Shown here: positions 38,060 to 47,006 of the stretch, piece by piece
How positions within the stretch are numbered: the first letter of the stretch is position 1
Layout of the letters: each line of letters begins with the position of its first letter
Virus record (IMG/VR): IMGVR_UViG_3300042691_047309
Coordinates: 96,001-160,000 of that record
Length of the DNA: 64,000 nucleotides
Reading direction: 5' to 3' (one strand)
Origin: a virus
Notes under the pieces: model-generated
The model's input: only the letters and a program-made list of their open reading frames with translations
The model's database searches: none
Told to the model about the DNA's origin: nothing
Position numbers and translations under genes: made by a program

Positions 38060-38227
38060 ATGTCACAGCTCAGTAAAGAGCAAGATTTGCTCAGAAAGTT
38101 ATATGAATGTCAGGAAGAAATGGAAAAACTTCTAAAGCAGGGTAAGGAAGATTCTCACTATAAAATGATATGTGAGTTAATAACTCGTTTAGAGATGTTT
38201 CTTTGTAATAATCAAGATTTAATGTAA
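38060..38227 (+). CDS. 55-aa helical hypothetical protein (not in ORF track)
   Basis: MSQLSKEQDLLRKLYECQEEMEKLL...NNQDLM* behind the promoter. Confidence 0.65.
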   Translation: MSQLSKEQDLLRKLYECQEEMEKLLKQGKEDSHYKMICELITRLEMFLCNNQDLM

Positions 38228-38230
38228 GTT

Positions 38231-38680
38231 ATGGATATAGATAAACTTTATAGTGATTTCAACTTTGCTCAGGGAGTAGATGAAAAAAGACAAATTTTAG
38301 AATCATTTTCTGATGATATTTCGGATCATGATTTAAAAGAGCTTCAAGCTCAGATTAATGATGTTATTGAGAATTCAAAAATTGAAGAGGATATTATTAT
38401 TTCTATGGAAATAGAAGATGGTAAGTACCACCTTTATAACTGTGTGGAAAGTGTTGCTGATTATAAATCTGGTTCTAATTACTATGTCAAAGTAGATGAT
38501 CCAAAAGAATTTTACTTATCAACTGGAATTGGTGAAACAAATACAATTATTCACAATATGATTGAAACTATTAAACCAATCTATTGGATTATAACTGACG
38601 ATGGTATTGGTACATTAAAAAGAAAAAATATTTTCCCGAATGATGTTGATTTTTCGGATTATTTTGTTAAATTTGCTTAA
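38231..38680 (+). CDS. hypothetical protein
   Basis: 149-aa ORF in operon. Confidence 0.72.
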   Translation: MDIDKLYSDFNFAQGVDEKRQILESFSDDISDHDLKELQAQINDVIENSKIEEDIIISMEIEDGKYHLYNCVESVADYKSGSNYYVKVDDPKEFYLSTGIGETNTIIHNMIETIKPIYWIITDDGIGTLKRKNIFPNDVDFSDYFVKFA

Positions 38681-38689
38681 AATATAAAT

Positions 38690-38875
38690 ATGGAAAAAAT
38701 TAATGAAGTTGAAATTATCTCAAGATTAGATAAACAATTCGGAAATGATCAAGATTTGGGTAAAAACTACCGTAGTGTTATCTTAATGAATTTTGGAAAA
38801 TTCGACGAAAATTGCAAAAAATATCCTAATGATTTTGACTTAGGAAAAAATTTAAGAAAAAAAATTAAAAATTAA
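38690..38875 (+). CDS. small protein with duplicated NDxDLGKxxR motif
   Basis: FGNDQDLGKNYR and YPNDFDLGKNLR. Confidence 0.7.
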   Translation: MEKINEVEIISRLDKQFGNDQDLGKNYRSVILMNFGKFDENCKKYPNDFDLGKNLRKKIKN

Positions 38876-38906
38876 TTTGGTAAAAAGAAAATAATTACTA
38901 ACTTTG
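38876..38906 (+). promoter_or_regulatory. Bacteroidota housekeeping-sigma promoter
   Basis: TTTG-N19-TAACTTTG. Confidence 0.78.
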
Positions 38907-38929
38907 TTAAAAATAAAAACGAAAAATAT

Positions 38930-40054
38930 ATGTCAATGAAACCTAATGGAATGTCAGAAGAAATGTTAGAGAACTTGGGTAACCTAACAGAAAAAGAAAG
39001 AAAGTATTTTGCTATTATGTGGGCAAAGTATGGTGTTCTTTTTATATCATCTAAACCCGGAGTTGCTAAGTCTGCAATTGGTCGTTCAATCGCTGAGAAG
39101 ATGGGATTTGCATACTTAGATATGCGTTTATCGATGTCTGATGAATCTGACTTCAAATATCCTTATCTTGAAGATGGTACGTTTGAGGGAAAACCAATTA
39201 AAGTTTCCGGATACGCAGTACCGAAATGGGCTTATGAGGCTAACCAACGCCCAACACTTATTCACTTCGAAGAGTTAAACAGAGCTCCTCAATTCGTAAG
39301 AAATGCGGCTCTACAAATCCTTCTTGAGCGTGAGATTGGTGAATTCAAATTCAACTCTAACGTTATTATGATGGCATCTGGTAACTTAGGTGATGAAGAT
39401 GGTACTGACGTTGAAGAGTTCGACTCAGCTCTTAACAACCGTCTAATTCACATTCCTCACTCTCTTGGAGTTGAAGAGTGGTTAGGTGATTTCGCATCTA
39501 CAGGGTGTCACAAACTTATCACTTCATTCATCAAATCTCACCCAGAGCAGATGTATAAGACGAGTGATAACACTAAGGGTTACGCAACTCCACGTTCTTG
39601 GACAATGTTGTCTAAGTTTATCACAGAAAACTGGGGAATGGAAGCTTCACCGAGAGAGTTTCTTCCACTTTTGAAAGAGGTAGCCTCTGGATATGTTGGA
39701 AACTCAGCGATGAAGTTCATTCAATACTGTGAGGATATGTTGAATATCTCAATTCAAGATGTTCTTAATGACTACGACCGTATCAAAAAGGATCTTGAGA
39801 AGTACAACCGTGATAAGAACTCTGAATTGATTCAGTCATTGAAAGAGATTGATATCACTAAGTTGTCTGAGAAACAACTTGACAATTGTGTTAAATTTCT
39901 TAACGGAGTTGGTGATGATGAAAAGACGGCTTACCTACTTTACATCTTAGATAATATCGCGGATGTGACTAATCCAAAAATGAAGAAGTTTCTTCTTAAG
40001 TTTGAGGAATTGTTGAGAACAATTAAGAAAATCAACAAACCAGGTAGTAAGTAA
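38930..40054 (+). CDS. MoxR-like AAA+ ATPase
   Basis: SKPGVAKS Walker A variant, HFEELNRA Walker B variant, ASGN, ALNNR, ATPRSW. Confidence 0.88.
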   Translation: MSMKPNGMSEEMLENLGNLTEKERKYFAIMWAKYGVLFISSKPGVAKSAIGRSIAEKMGFAYLDMRLSMSDESDFKYPYLEDGTFEGKPIKVSGYAVPKWAYEANQRPTLIHFEELNRAPQFVRNAALQILLEREIGEFKFNSNVIMMASGNLGDEDGTDVEEFDSALNNRLIHIPHSLGVEEWLGDFASTGCHKLITSFIKSHPEQMYKTSDNTKGYATPRSWTMLSKFITENWGMEASPREFLPLLKEVASGYVGNSAMKFIQYCEDMLNISIQDVLNDYDRIKKDLEKYNRDKNSELIQSLKEIDITKLSEKQLDNCVKFLNGVGDDEKTAYLLYILDNIADVTNPKMKKFLLKFEELLRTIKKINKPGSK

Positions 40055-40071
40055 TAGTCTTTCTGAGAGTT

Positions 40072-40103
40072 AAGGGGATGTCGAAAAGATATCCCCTTTT
40101 TTT
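40072..40103 (+). terminator. intrinsic terminator
   Basis: aaggggatgtc-gaaaa-gatatcccctt plus T run. Confidence 0.8.
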
Positions 40104-40136
40104 GATAATTAAGAAATTATTTTAGATATATAAACC

Positions 40137-40361
40137 ATGTATGAGATAAAACTTGTTTTGATAAGCACTTACGGTGAATTTCGAGGTAGGCCTGCAATTC
40201 TATCTTTAGAAGACTATGCTCGTCTTGTCGAAATGACCAAAACATTTTACAGTGGAGGATTTGAATTGACACTTGAAGATGGTACATTCGTAGTATTTGC
40301 CCCTGATGTTGTTAGTCAATCTATTCTTAAAATAGAAAAAAAAGAAATAAAAAATGTTTAA
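40137..40361 (+). CDS. hypothetical protein
   Basis: 74-aa ORF; GATATATA 4 nt upstream. Confidence 0.7.
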   Translation: MYEIKLVLISTYGEFRGRPAILSLEDYARLVEMTKTFYSGGFELTLEDGTFVVFAPDVVSQSILKIEKKEIKNV

Positions 40362-41004
40362 AAATAGATTTAAAAGATTTGGGGGAGATTACATTCCTGA
40401 TATCATAGAGTATCTTTCTGATTATATTAGTAAAGATCCTAGTGTTACTATTTCAGTTGGTTGTGACTCTATTCAAAAGAGACGAAGAACTGTTTATGCA
40501 ATCACAATTATGATGTATAATACCGATTTAAGACATGGGGCTCACGTTGTTTTTTTCAGAGAGTCTTGTCCTAAAATTAGAGACAACAATGAAAGACTTT
40601 TTAAAGAAGCTCAATATTTACATGATATTGGAACTTACTTAGATGGTGAGCTTTCCAAATTTTATAAAAGAACAGACTTATCAGAAAGAGAAATGAAAAG
40701 ATATAAGTATCACCTTCTTAAATGTGCGGGTGAATATGGACACGTTCCTCTTCACCAAGATGATGCGGTAATGAATGCTCTGTTTCTCAGTCCTGCTGAT
40801 ATGATTGATTATAGAACTGTTGATATACATGTTGACTTTAATCCATTTGAGGGTTCAATAAATGAAAAAGGATTACATAAAAATAAGTCGTATGCTGCTT
40901 ATAAAAGTTATACACCTTGGTTGAGAGGCATGGGCTTTAGAACTTGGGCAAAACCTCTCGCCCATGCCAGTACATCAGCCGCAGACTTACTTTTACAGGA
41001 CTGA
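40354..41004 (+). CDS. RNase H-like YkuK (DUF458) family protein
   Basis: ISVGCDS, ERLFKEA, IHVDFN, KP.AHASTSAAD. Confidence 0.8.
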   Translation: MFKNRFKRFGGDYIPDIIEYLSDYISKDPSVTISVGCDSIQKRRRTVYAITIMMYNTDLRHGAHVVFFRESCPKIRDNNERLFKEAQYLHDIGTYLDGELSKFYKRTDLSEREMKRYKYHLLKCAGEYGHVPLHQDDAVMNALFLSPADMIDYRTVDIHVDFNPFEGSINEKGLHKNKSYAAYKSYTPWLRGMGFRTWAKPLAHASTSAADLLLQD

Positions 41005-41363
41005 TGTTTGAATTAAACTCACATATGATTCAAAAAATGGGGTGGTTTTCATATCACCCTTCTATTGGACTTGGGTTTGATTTGCCTGGTGTTTTTCATA
41101 GTGATCCTTTTGTTAGATTTTTTTTCATTGACAAGTCTAAAAATGTTGTTTTCATTATTAAAGAAATGACTCCTGATGAAAAACAAAAGACAAAAAAAGA
41201 ATATAAATTTATAGATTTTAAAACACCAATAAACATAAAAGCTACTAAGATGAATATAGTAGAATTTAACTCAAATGAAGAATTATGGAAACTGGTTATT
41301 GAAAATGAGGCTTGTGGTGAAAATTATCAAAGACACTTTAGACTAAACAAAATATTAAAATGA
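41004..41363 (+). CDS. hypothetical protein with C-terminal motif
   Basis: start moved to the TGATG overlap (MFELNS); ends QRHFRLNKILK. Confidence 0.72.
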   Translation: MFELNSHMIQKMGWFSYHPSIGLGFDLPGVFHSDPFVRFFFIDKSKNVVFIIKEMTPDEKQKTKKEYKFIDFKTPINIKATKMNIVEFNSNEELWKLVIENEACGENYQRHFRLNKILK

Positions 41364-41986
41364 AAAGAAAAGAATTAAAAATTTTAGGTCTCTCTTATAG
41401 CCAAACACAAATCGGATCTTATGTTTGTGTGCTAACTGAAAAAAAGGGAACAATTAAGATACCACTTATTATTAAAGCAAATGAAGCTCAAAGAATTGCA
41501 CTTGAACTTGAAGGTATTAAACCAACTAGAACTCTAACACATGATACCATTAAAGGTATTTGTGATTCTTTTGATTTAGATGTTCAGGAAGTTTTTATTT
41601 ACGCACTTATGGAAGGTGTTTTCTACACCAGAATAGTAGTTTCTAACGGAATTGATGAAATGGAAATTGAAACAACTATTGGTGATGCACTTGCTCTATC
41701 AACAATATATAAATGTCCAATTTACACTACCACTGATATCATAGGTTCGGTAGGTGTCAAAATTAATGATGATGGTAGCTTTGATTCAAATGATAAAGAT
41801 GAAGATGATTTTGAGGATGATGATTTTGAAGATGATTTTGATAGTTTTATTGATGATGGAAAAAAAGAAAGAGTTGTCTCTGTTGAAGATTTAGAGATAC
41901 TTATGCAAAATGCTATTGATAATGAAGAGTATGAAATTGCAGCAGAACTAAGAGACCGCATACAAAAATTAAAAAATGAAGAATAA
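41360..41986 (+). CDS. bifunctional nuclease (DUF151) with C-terminal UVR domain
   Basis: IPLII..EAQRIA..RTLTHD, GVFY, DALAL; AIDNEEYEIAAELRD. Confidence 0.9.
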   Translation: MKRKELKILGLSYSQTQIGSYVCVLTEKKGTIKIPLIIKANEAQRIALELEGIKPTRTLTHDTIKGICDSFDLDVQEVFIYALMEGVFYTRIVVSNGIDEMEIETTIGDALALSTIYKCPIYTTTDIIGSVGVKINDDGSFDSNDKDEDDFEDDDFEDDFDSFIDDGKKERVVSVEDLEILMQNAIDNEEYEIAAELRDRIQKLKNEE

Positions 41987-42417
41987 TGGAGAAAAAGTTA
42001 TACGATAAAATCGATAGTAATATACTTAAATCACTACCTAACCCAACTGAAGAAGCTTACGAGGCAAAAATAAAAATTCCAGAATGTACCTTTTTAGGAG
42101 TTCATGAACAACCAGATTTTGCTAGTTTCTACCTTACTTTTTATGCTGATAAAAAAATCATTGAATTGAAATCTCTTAAACATTACATCTATCAATTGAG
42201 AGATATTGTAGTTTCATATGAGAGACTAATCAATATCGTTTATGAGGATTTAATGAAAACATATGAGCCTACTAGATTAAGAATCGTTATGGTTTGTAAT
42301 CCACGAGGCGGTATAAGTTCTAAACTAACCATTGATTCGGATTGGGGAATTAGAGGTGGGAAAGAAATTTTCAAAGACTGGCACCAATCAGAGGACACTT
42401 GGGAAGTTGTAATGTAA
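41986..42417 (+). CDS. queF: QueF-like T-fold protein (7-cyano-7-deazaguanine reductase family)
   Basis: QPDFA, IELKSLKHY..R...SYE, PRGGI; canonical Cys position not conserved. Confidence 0.75.
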   Translation: MEKKLYDKIDSNILKSLPNPTEEAYEAKIKIPECTFLGVHEQPDFASFYLTFYADKKIIELKSLKHYIYQLRDIVVSYERLINIVYEDLMKTYEPTRLRIVMVCNPRGGISSKLTIDSDWGIRGGKEIFKDWHQSEDTWEVVM

Positions 42418-42431
42418 AAAAAAATTACAAT

Positions 42432-42457
42432 AAAGGCAACTTAGGTTGTCTTTTTTT
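42432..42457 (+). terminator. intrinsic terminator
   Basis: aaaggcaac-ttag-gttgtcttt plus T run. Confidence 0.75.
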
Positions 42458-42482
42458 ATATAACAAAAAAATAAAATATTAA

Positions 42483-43382
42483 ATGGCATTATCTTATATC
42501 GGTGGTAAGTCAAGAATCGGAACTTGGATTAGAAATTATATTCCAAAAGACATTGAGACTTATGTAGAACCTTTTTCCGGAATGTTCTGGGTCTTCTTCA
42601 AAATGGAGCTTCCAGTATATCAAAATATCAAAACTGTCGTTTATAACGACTGGAACCCACTCAATGTAAATCTTTTCAACTGTATCAAAAATTACAAAGA
42701 GTTTTATGATGTGATTAAAGATTATAAATCACAGGATAAATCAATGTTTGAAAAGTTTCAAAAAGAGATTTTTAGTCCTGAATTTAAAATAGATTTGACC
42801 AATTCTGATTATCACACGGCCGCAAAATACGCTTATGTTTTATCACAAGTTTGGTCTGGGACTAATCCTGAGAAATCTAAATTTATTGATCTTAAGGGTA
42901 AATATAAATCAAAGTTTGATTCATTTGTTAATAAACTTCAAAACCCTAATTGGCAAAAGTATTTTGATAAAATAACAGTTTGTGAAAATTTAGACTTTGA
43001 AGAAGTTATTAAAAAATATGATTCGGAAAGAACATATTTCTACTGTGATCCACCTTACTATAAGACGGAAAAGTATTACGCAAATCATGAGTTTGGAATT
43101 GAAACACATGAAAGATTGGCAAATTGTTTAAAATCAACTACTGGTAAATTTTCACTTAGCTACTATCACTTTGAACAATTAGAGGAATGGTTTCCAAAAG
43201 ATGAGTATCAGTGGCAATCTAAAGAATTCTCAAAAGCAGCAATGGCTAAGGCAGGTAAATCTCAAACAGTTGGAACTGAACTACTAATTATGAACTATGG
43301 AAAAGTAGAAAAGAGAGAATTGATAGAAGAAGAAAAGACATCAACTATTTTAGATGATGATAACTTTGATTTCAGTATTTAA
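42483..43382 (+). CDS. D12-class N6-adenine DNA methyltransferase (Dam-like)
   Basis: SYIGGKS, YVEPFSG, VYND, FYCDPPY, ELLIMNY. Confidence 0.92.
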   Translation: MALSYIGGKSRIGTWIRNYIPKDIETYVEPFSGMFWVFFKMELPVYQNIKTVVYNDWNPLNVNLFNCIKNYKEFYDVIKDYKSQDKSMFEKFQKEIFSPEFKIDLTNSDYHTAAKYAYVLSQVWSGTNPEKSKFIDLKGKYKSKFDSFVNKLQNPNWQKYFDKITVCENLDFEEVIKKYDSERTYFYCDPPYYKTEKYYANHEFGIETHERLANCLKSTTGKFSLSYYHFEQLEEWFPKDEYQWQSKEFSKAAMAKAGKSQTVGTELLIMNYGKVEKRELIEEEKTSTILDDDNFDFSI

Positions 43383-43398
43383 TTTATAAAAGGAGACT

Positions 43399-43433
43399 TG
43401 ATAATTTTTATAAATAAGTTATAAAAATTATCA
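43399..43433. repeat. perfect 15-bp AT-rich inverted repeat
   Basis: tgataatttttataa-ataag-ttataaaaattatca. Confidence 0.85.
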
Positions 43434-43442
43434 CTCTTTTCT

Positions 43443-43664
43443 ATGAAGTACAAACCCGGTGATATAGTCATTAAAACCACAGGTGGTAATAAAATGACAA
43501 TCTTTGATAAGATATCCGATGGTGTTTATAAATGTCTTTGGTTTGTTGAAAACTCAATGAAGGAATCCGTATTTAATGAGGAGGAATTAGTTACTTTAAA
43601 TGAGTATAAACGGTTTCTGAAAACGGAAGAAAGAGAAGATAAGATTAATCAATTACTGGGTTAA
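43443..43664 (+). CDS. YodC/DUF2158-like small protein with C-terminal motif
   Basis: YKPGDIV..TGGNKMTI...CLWF; ends EREDKINQLLG. Confidence 0.78.
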   Translation: MKYKPGDIVIKTTGGNKMTIFDKISDGVYKCLWFVENSMKESVFNEEELVTLNEYKRFLKTEEREDKINQLLG

Positions 43665-44142
43665 AATAAACATTTAATGATATTGACTTATATTCTTCGT
43701 GGTGTGAATTCATATCAATAAGAACTTTATCATAACTATCTTTAAGTCTATCCCAAGTTACTAAAATATCCTTTAACTTATCAACACCAGAATCATCTAA
43801 AATAGCATAATCAGCTTTTATCTTTATGGTAGCACAAAATACAAACGGATATTCATCTAAATCAGTTGTGCGTAAAAATAATTGACGGTAAGACTCATTA
43901 TCAAGATATCTATTAGCTTCTTCTGTTTGAGATTGAACCCATCTTTCAAAATTTCCATTATTTGGATTTACAGACCAAAGCATGTCACGCTCTTTTACAC
44001 CAGAGTATCCACAAACACACATGCTATAAGATACAACATCATCATCTTCATACTCTACGAAATATTCCCTAATCTTATTTACTTCATCTTTGAAAGAATC
44101 AGACGAATTACTTTCATTAAATTTTGACCAGTCTTTAATCAT
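43645..44142 (-). CDS. leader-motif hypothetical protein
   Basis: starts MIKDWSKFNES. Confidence 0.75.
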   Translation of the reverse strand: MIKDWSKFNESNSSDSFKDEVNKIREYFVEYEDDDVVSYSMCVCGYSGVKERDMLWSVNPNNGNFERWVQSQTEEANRYLDNESYRQLFLRTTDLDEYPFVFCATIKIKADYAILDDSGVDKLKDILVTWDRLKDSYDKVLIDMNSHHEEYKSISLNVYFNPVID

Positions 44143-44143
44143 A

Positions 44144-44206
44144 CTACTTCTTTCTTACAGCAACTCTACCTTTAAGTAAAGATTTTAATAATTCTAATAT
44201 TTTCAT
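44144..44206 (-). CDS. 20-aa basic amphipathic peptide (not in ORF track)
   Basis: MKILELLKSLLKGRVAVRKK*; AATATATA exactly 4 nt before its ATG; stop 1 nt before next ATG. Confidence 0.5.
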   Translation of the reverse strand: MKILELLKSLLKGRVAVRKK

Positions 44207-44216
44207 AGATTATATA

Positions 44217-47006
44217 TTAAAAATTATATTTGAAAGAAAGACTTATTGATTGACCAAAGTTTATTTCCTGCCATCTATTGTCACCAGATGTATATTTTCT
44301 ATTACCATCTAAATCTTGAAATAAAATCAAATCTTGAGATATAATATCTTTGATATTCAGTTTAAGCTCACAATTTTTAATTGTCTTAGAAATTTGTAAA
44401 TCAATTACATTTCTACCATTTTCCCAAACAGATGGCTCTTGAACATTACCAACTATATAAATCCTTTGGCCTATTAGGTTGTATGAAATTGTCGCTGTGA
44501 AATCCTTTTTAGGGGATGTGTAAAATAAACCAGAATTTATTATAAAAGGTGATTGTCCCTGTAGAGGTCTATTTTCAGATCCATGAAAACCTTCTAAATT
44601 AACTTCAGACTTAATAAGTGATGCATTTGTGTATATTGATAGATTTTCAAATTTACTGGATATAAATTTTAAATTAGTTCTCATTTCAATCTCTGCTCCG
44701 AAATTTCTACTTGACTTAGCATTCATGTAATACAATTCTGGAGAACCTGAAGTTCCCGTTCTGTTTATCAACTCTATTGGGTTTATGAATTTTTTATAGA
44801 AACCGGATACTGAAATCATTTGACCACTTTTAGGAAACCACTCCCATCTTAAATCTAAATTATCAATGGTTGCTCTCTCTAATTTAGGATTTCCAGAAAC
44901 TATGTTGTCTAAAACAAAGTTATAAAAACTAAATGGTGCTAATTCTCTAAACTCTGGTCTCGAAACTGACTTGAAGTAAGCCGCTCTTATTTTCATTTTA
45001 TCAGTTAGTGAATAGATTAAATTCAATGAAGGTAAAACATCAATAACAGTTGTATCAATTGTCTTTTTTAAGTTACTTCCGAATTCAACATAATTAAACT
45101 TCTGACTGTAAGACTCAACTCTCACTCCTGTAACAAATCTGAAATTGTTTATTTTTGAATCTGTCATTAGAAATCCAGAGTTGAGAAATGAATTCGCTGA
45201 GTAAGAGTCATCGACATTTGTCGCTTCATCTAATTTGAATCCACCTGTTCCATCGGATAAAAGACCCATATTTTGTTGTGAGAAGATTTCACTCGCTGGA
45301 AGTAAAAGTAACTGTGAGTTGAAATACGAACCTTGTGGTTTATATTGAGAAAATCCAAAGTTTCTTGATATAAATTCTTTGTCTCTAAATTGATGCCATC
45401 CTCCGAGTTTAATCTCATTTTCTAATTTTGATATATTGACCGGTATTATATAATCATAATTCAAAGACCATATATTTTCACCTGATTTAGACCAAAACAT
45501 ATTACCAGCAGCTGTTGGAATAGTTCCATTTGATTGTATGACAGCCGCGTATTGTTGAGTCGTATCATCTTCGTATAAAGAGTATTTTCTATAAACTATT
45601 CTTCTTAAATTCGGAATATCTCTTATAACATTTGAATATCCAATATTCCAATTGAATACGGTTTTTTTAATATCGTGTTTTCCAGATAACTGATTTGTTA
45701 AAATATTATTTTGTGTTAGCCAAAAATTAGTGGATTTTTCCCATTGACGAGGATCATTATCCATTTCACGAACACCGTTTCTAACATTTATTCTATCTTC
45801 AGAGTTTATTGAATATAAAGATTTCAACTTAATGTTGTTTTTTTGATTAATTTTTAGACTCAAATTCAATAAGTTAGTAAATAATATATTTTTTGTAAAA
45901 ACCGAATCTTTTAATTCCATTTTCGTAATTACACCTGAAGCTTGTTCTTCAAAATCTCGCCTGATTGAATTATTCATTGATTCAACATTTTGATAAGATG
46001 TAGCAAAAATAAGACCTAATTTTGTGTCTTTTTTTAATTTAATTTCTTTACCAATGGTCCATTGTAAAGTTCCACCTGGAAGAGCTAATCTTTGATTAGT
46101 GGTCCAGTTCCAATTCATCAGTTTAGAATAGTCAGCTCTCTGATTTTTATCAGTTAATAACCAGTCTTCTATTGTTGGTATTCCATCTGGTAGATTTCTT
46201 GATTTACCAGCAATTCCTAAAAATTCTAAACCAGAATTTTTATTATAATTAAAGTTTCTAAAAGTAGAGATTGTGTTATAATTTAAACCTAAACTTAGAT
46301 TATGTATAACCTTAGCATCAAGTGTTGATACATTTATCACACCACCTGCAAACTCACCAGGTAGGTCTGGAGAACCCGATTTATAAATGACTAAATTGTC
46401 TAATATATTTGAAGGAAATATATCAAAAGAAAAAGCTCTTTTGTCAGATTCGGTCGATGGTAGAGGACTTCCATTTATAAGTCCAAAATTATATCTATCA
46501 TTAAGTCCTCTTATGATAACGAATTTGTTTTCCTGTATTGAAGCTCCTGAAACTCTTTTAAATACATCAGTAGCTTTAGAATCAGGTGTTTTTTTAAATT
46601 GTTCTGATGTCACTCCATCTAAAGAAACTGCTGATTTATTTTGCATTCTTATAATTTCAGAAGTTGATCCTTTATCAACCGTCATAGTGACTGTCACTCC
46701 CTCAAGCTCCTGTGTTTTAGATTCTAAACTTACAACTATTGAAGTGTCGGAATTTATAGATAATTCTATTAACTTATTTTGATACCCGATATATCTGAAC
46801 TCAATTCTATTAACACCTTTAGATAGATTAATTTTGAAATTACCATCATAATCTGTTCTAGTCCCTGTTTGTTGATTAATTATATATACTGTTGCACCAA
46901 AAAGTGACTCACCTGATTGAGAGTCACTAATGGTTCCAGTTAGTGTTTGTGAAAATGTGTAATAAGAAATAAATAATAATACTACACTTAAAAATAAATT
47001 TCTCAT
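44217..47006 (-). CDS. TonB-dependent outer-membrane receptor
   Basis: signal peptide, carboxypeptidase-regulatory-like N-domain, plug (IIRGLNDRYN), GNPKL, C-terminal aromatic YNF. Confidence 0.93.
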   Translation of the reverse strand: MRNLFLSVVLLFISYYTFSQTLTGTISDSQSGESLFGATVYIINQQTGTRTDYDGNFKINLSKGVNRIEFRYIGYQNKLIELSINSDTSIVVSLESKTQELEGVTVTMTVDKGSTSEIIRMQNKSAVSLDGVTSEQFKKTPDSKATDVFKRVSGASIQENKFVIIRGLNDRYNFGLINGSPLPSTESDKRAFSFDIFPSNILDNLVIYKSGSPDLPGEFAGGVINVSTLDAKVIHNLSLGLNYNTISTFRNFNYNKNSGLEFLGIAGKSRNLPDGIPTIEDWLLTDKNQRADYSKLMNWNWTTNQRLALPGGTLQWTIGKEIKLKKDTKLGLIFATSYQNVESMNNSIRRDFEEQASGVITKMELKDSVFTKNILFTNLLNLSLKINQKNNIKLKSLYSINSEDRINVRNGVREMDNDPRQWEKSTNFWLTQNNILTNQLSGKHDIKKTVFNWNIGYSNVIRDIPNLRRIVYRKYSLYEDDTTQQYAAVIQSNGTIPTAAGNMFWSKSGENIWSLNYDYIIPVNISKLENEIKLGGWHQFRDKEFISRNFGFSQYKPQGSYFNSQLLLLPASEIFSQQNMGLLSDGTGGFKLDEATNVDDSYSANSFLNSGFLMTDSKINNFRFVTGVRVESYSQKFNYVEFGSNLKKTIDTTVIDVLPSLNLIYSLTDKMKIRAAYFKSVSRPEFRELAPFSFYNFVLDNIVSGNPKLERATIDNLDLRWEWFPKSGQMISVSGFYKKFINPIELINRTGTSGSPELYYMNAKSSRNFGAEIEMRTNLKFISSKFENLSIYTNASLIKSEVNLEGFHGSENRPLQGQSPFIINSGLFYTSPKKDFTATISYNLIGQRIYIVGNVQEPSVWENGRNVIDLQISKTIKNCELKLNIKDIISQDLILFQDLDGNRKYTSGDNRWQEINFGQSISLSFKYNF

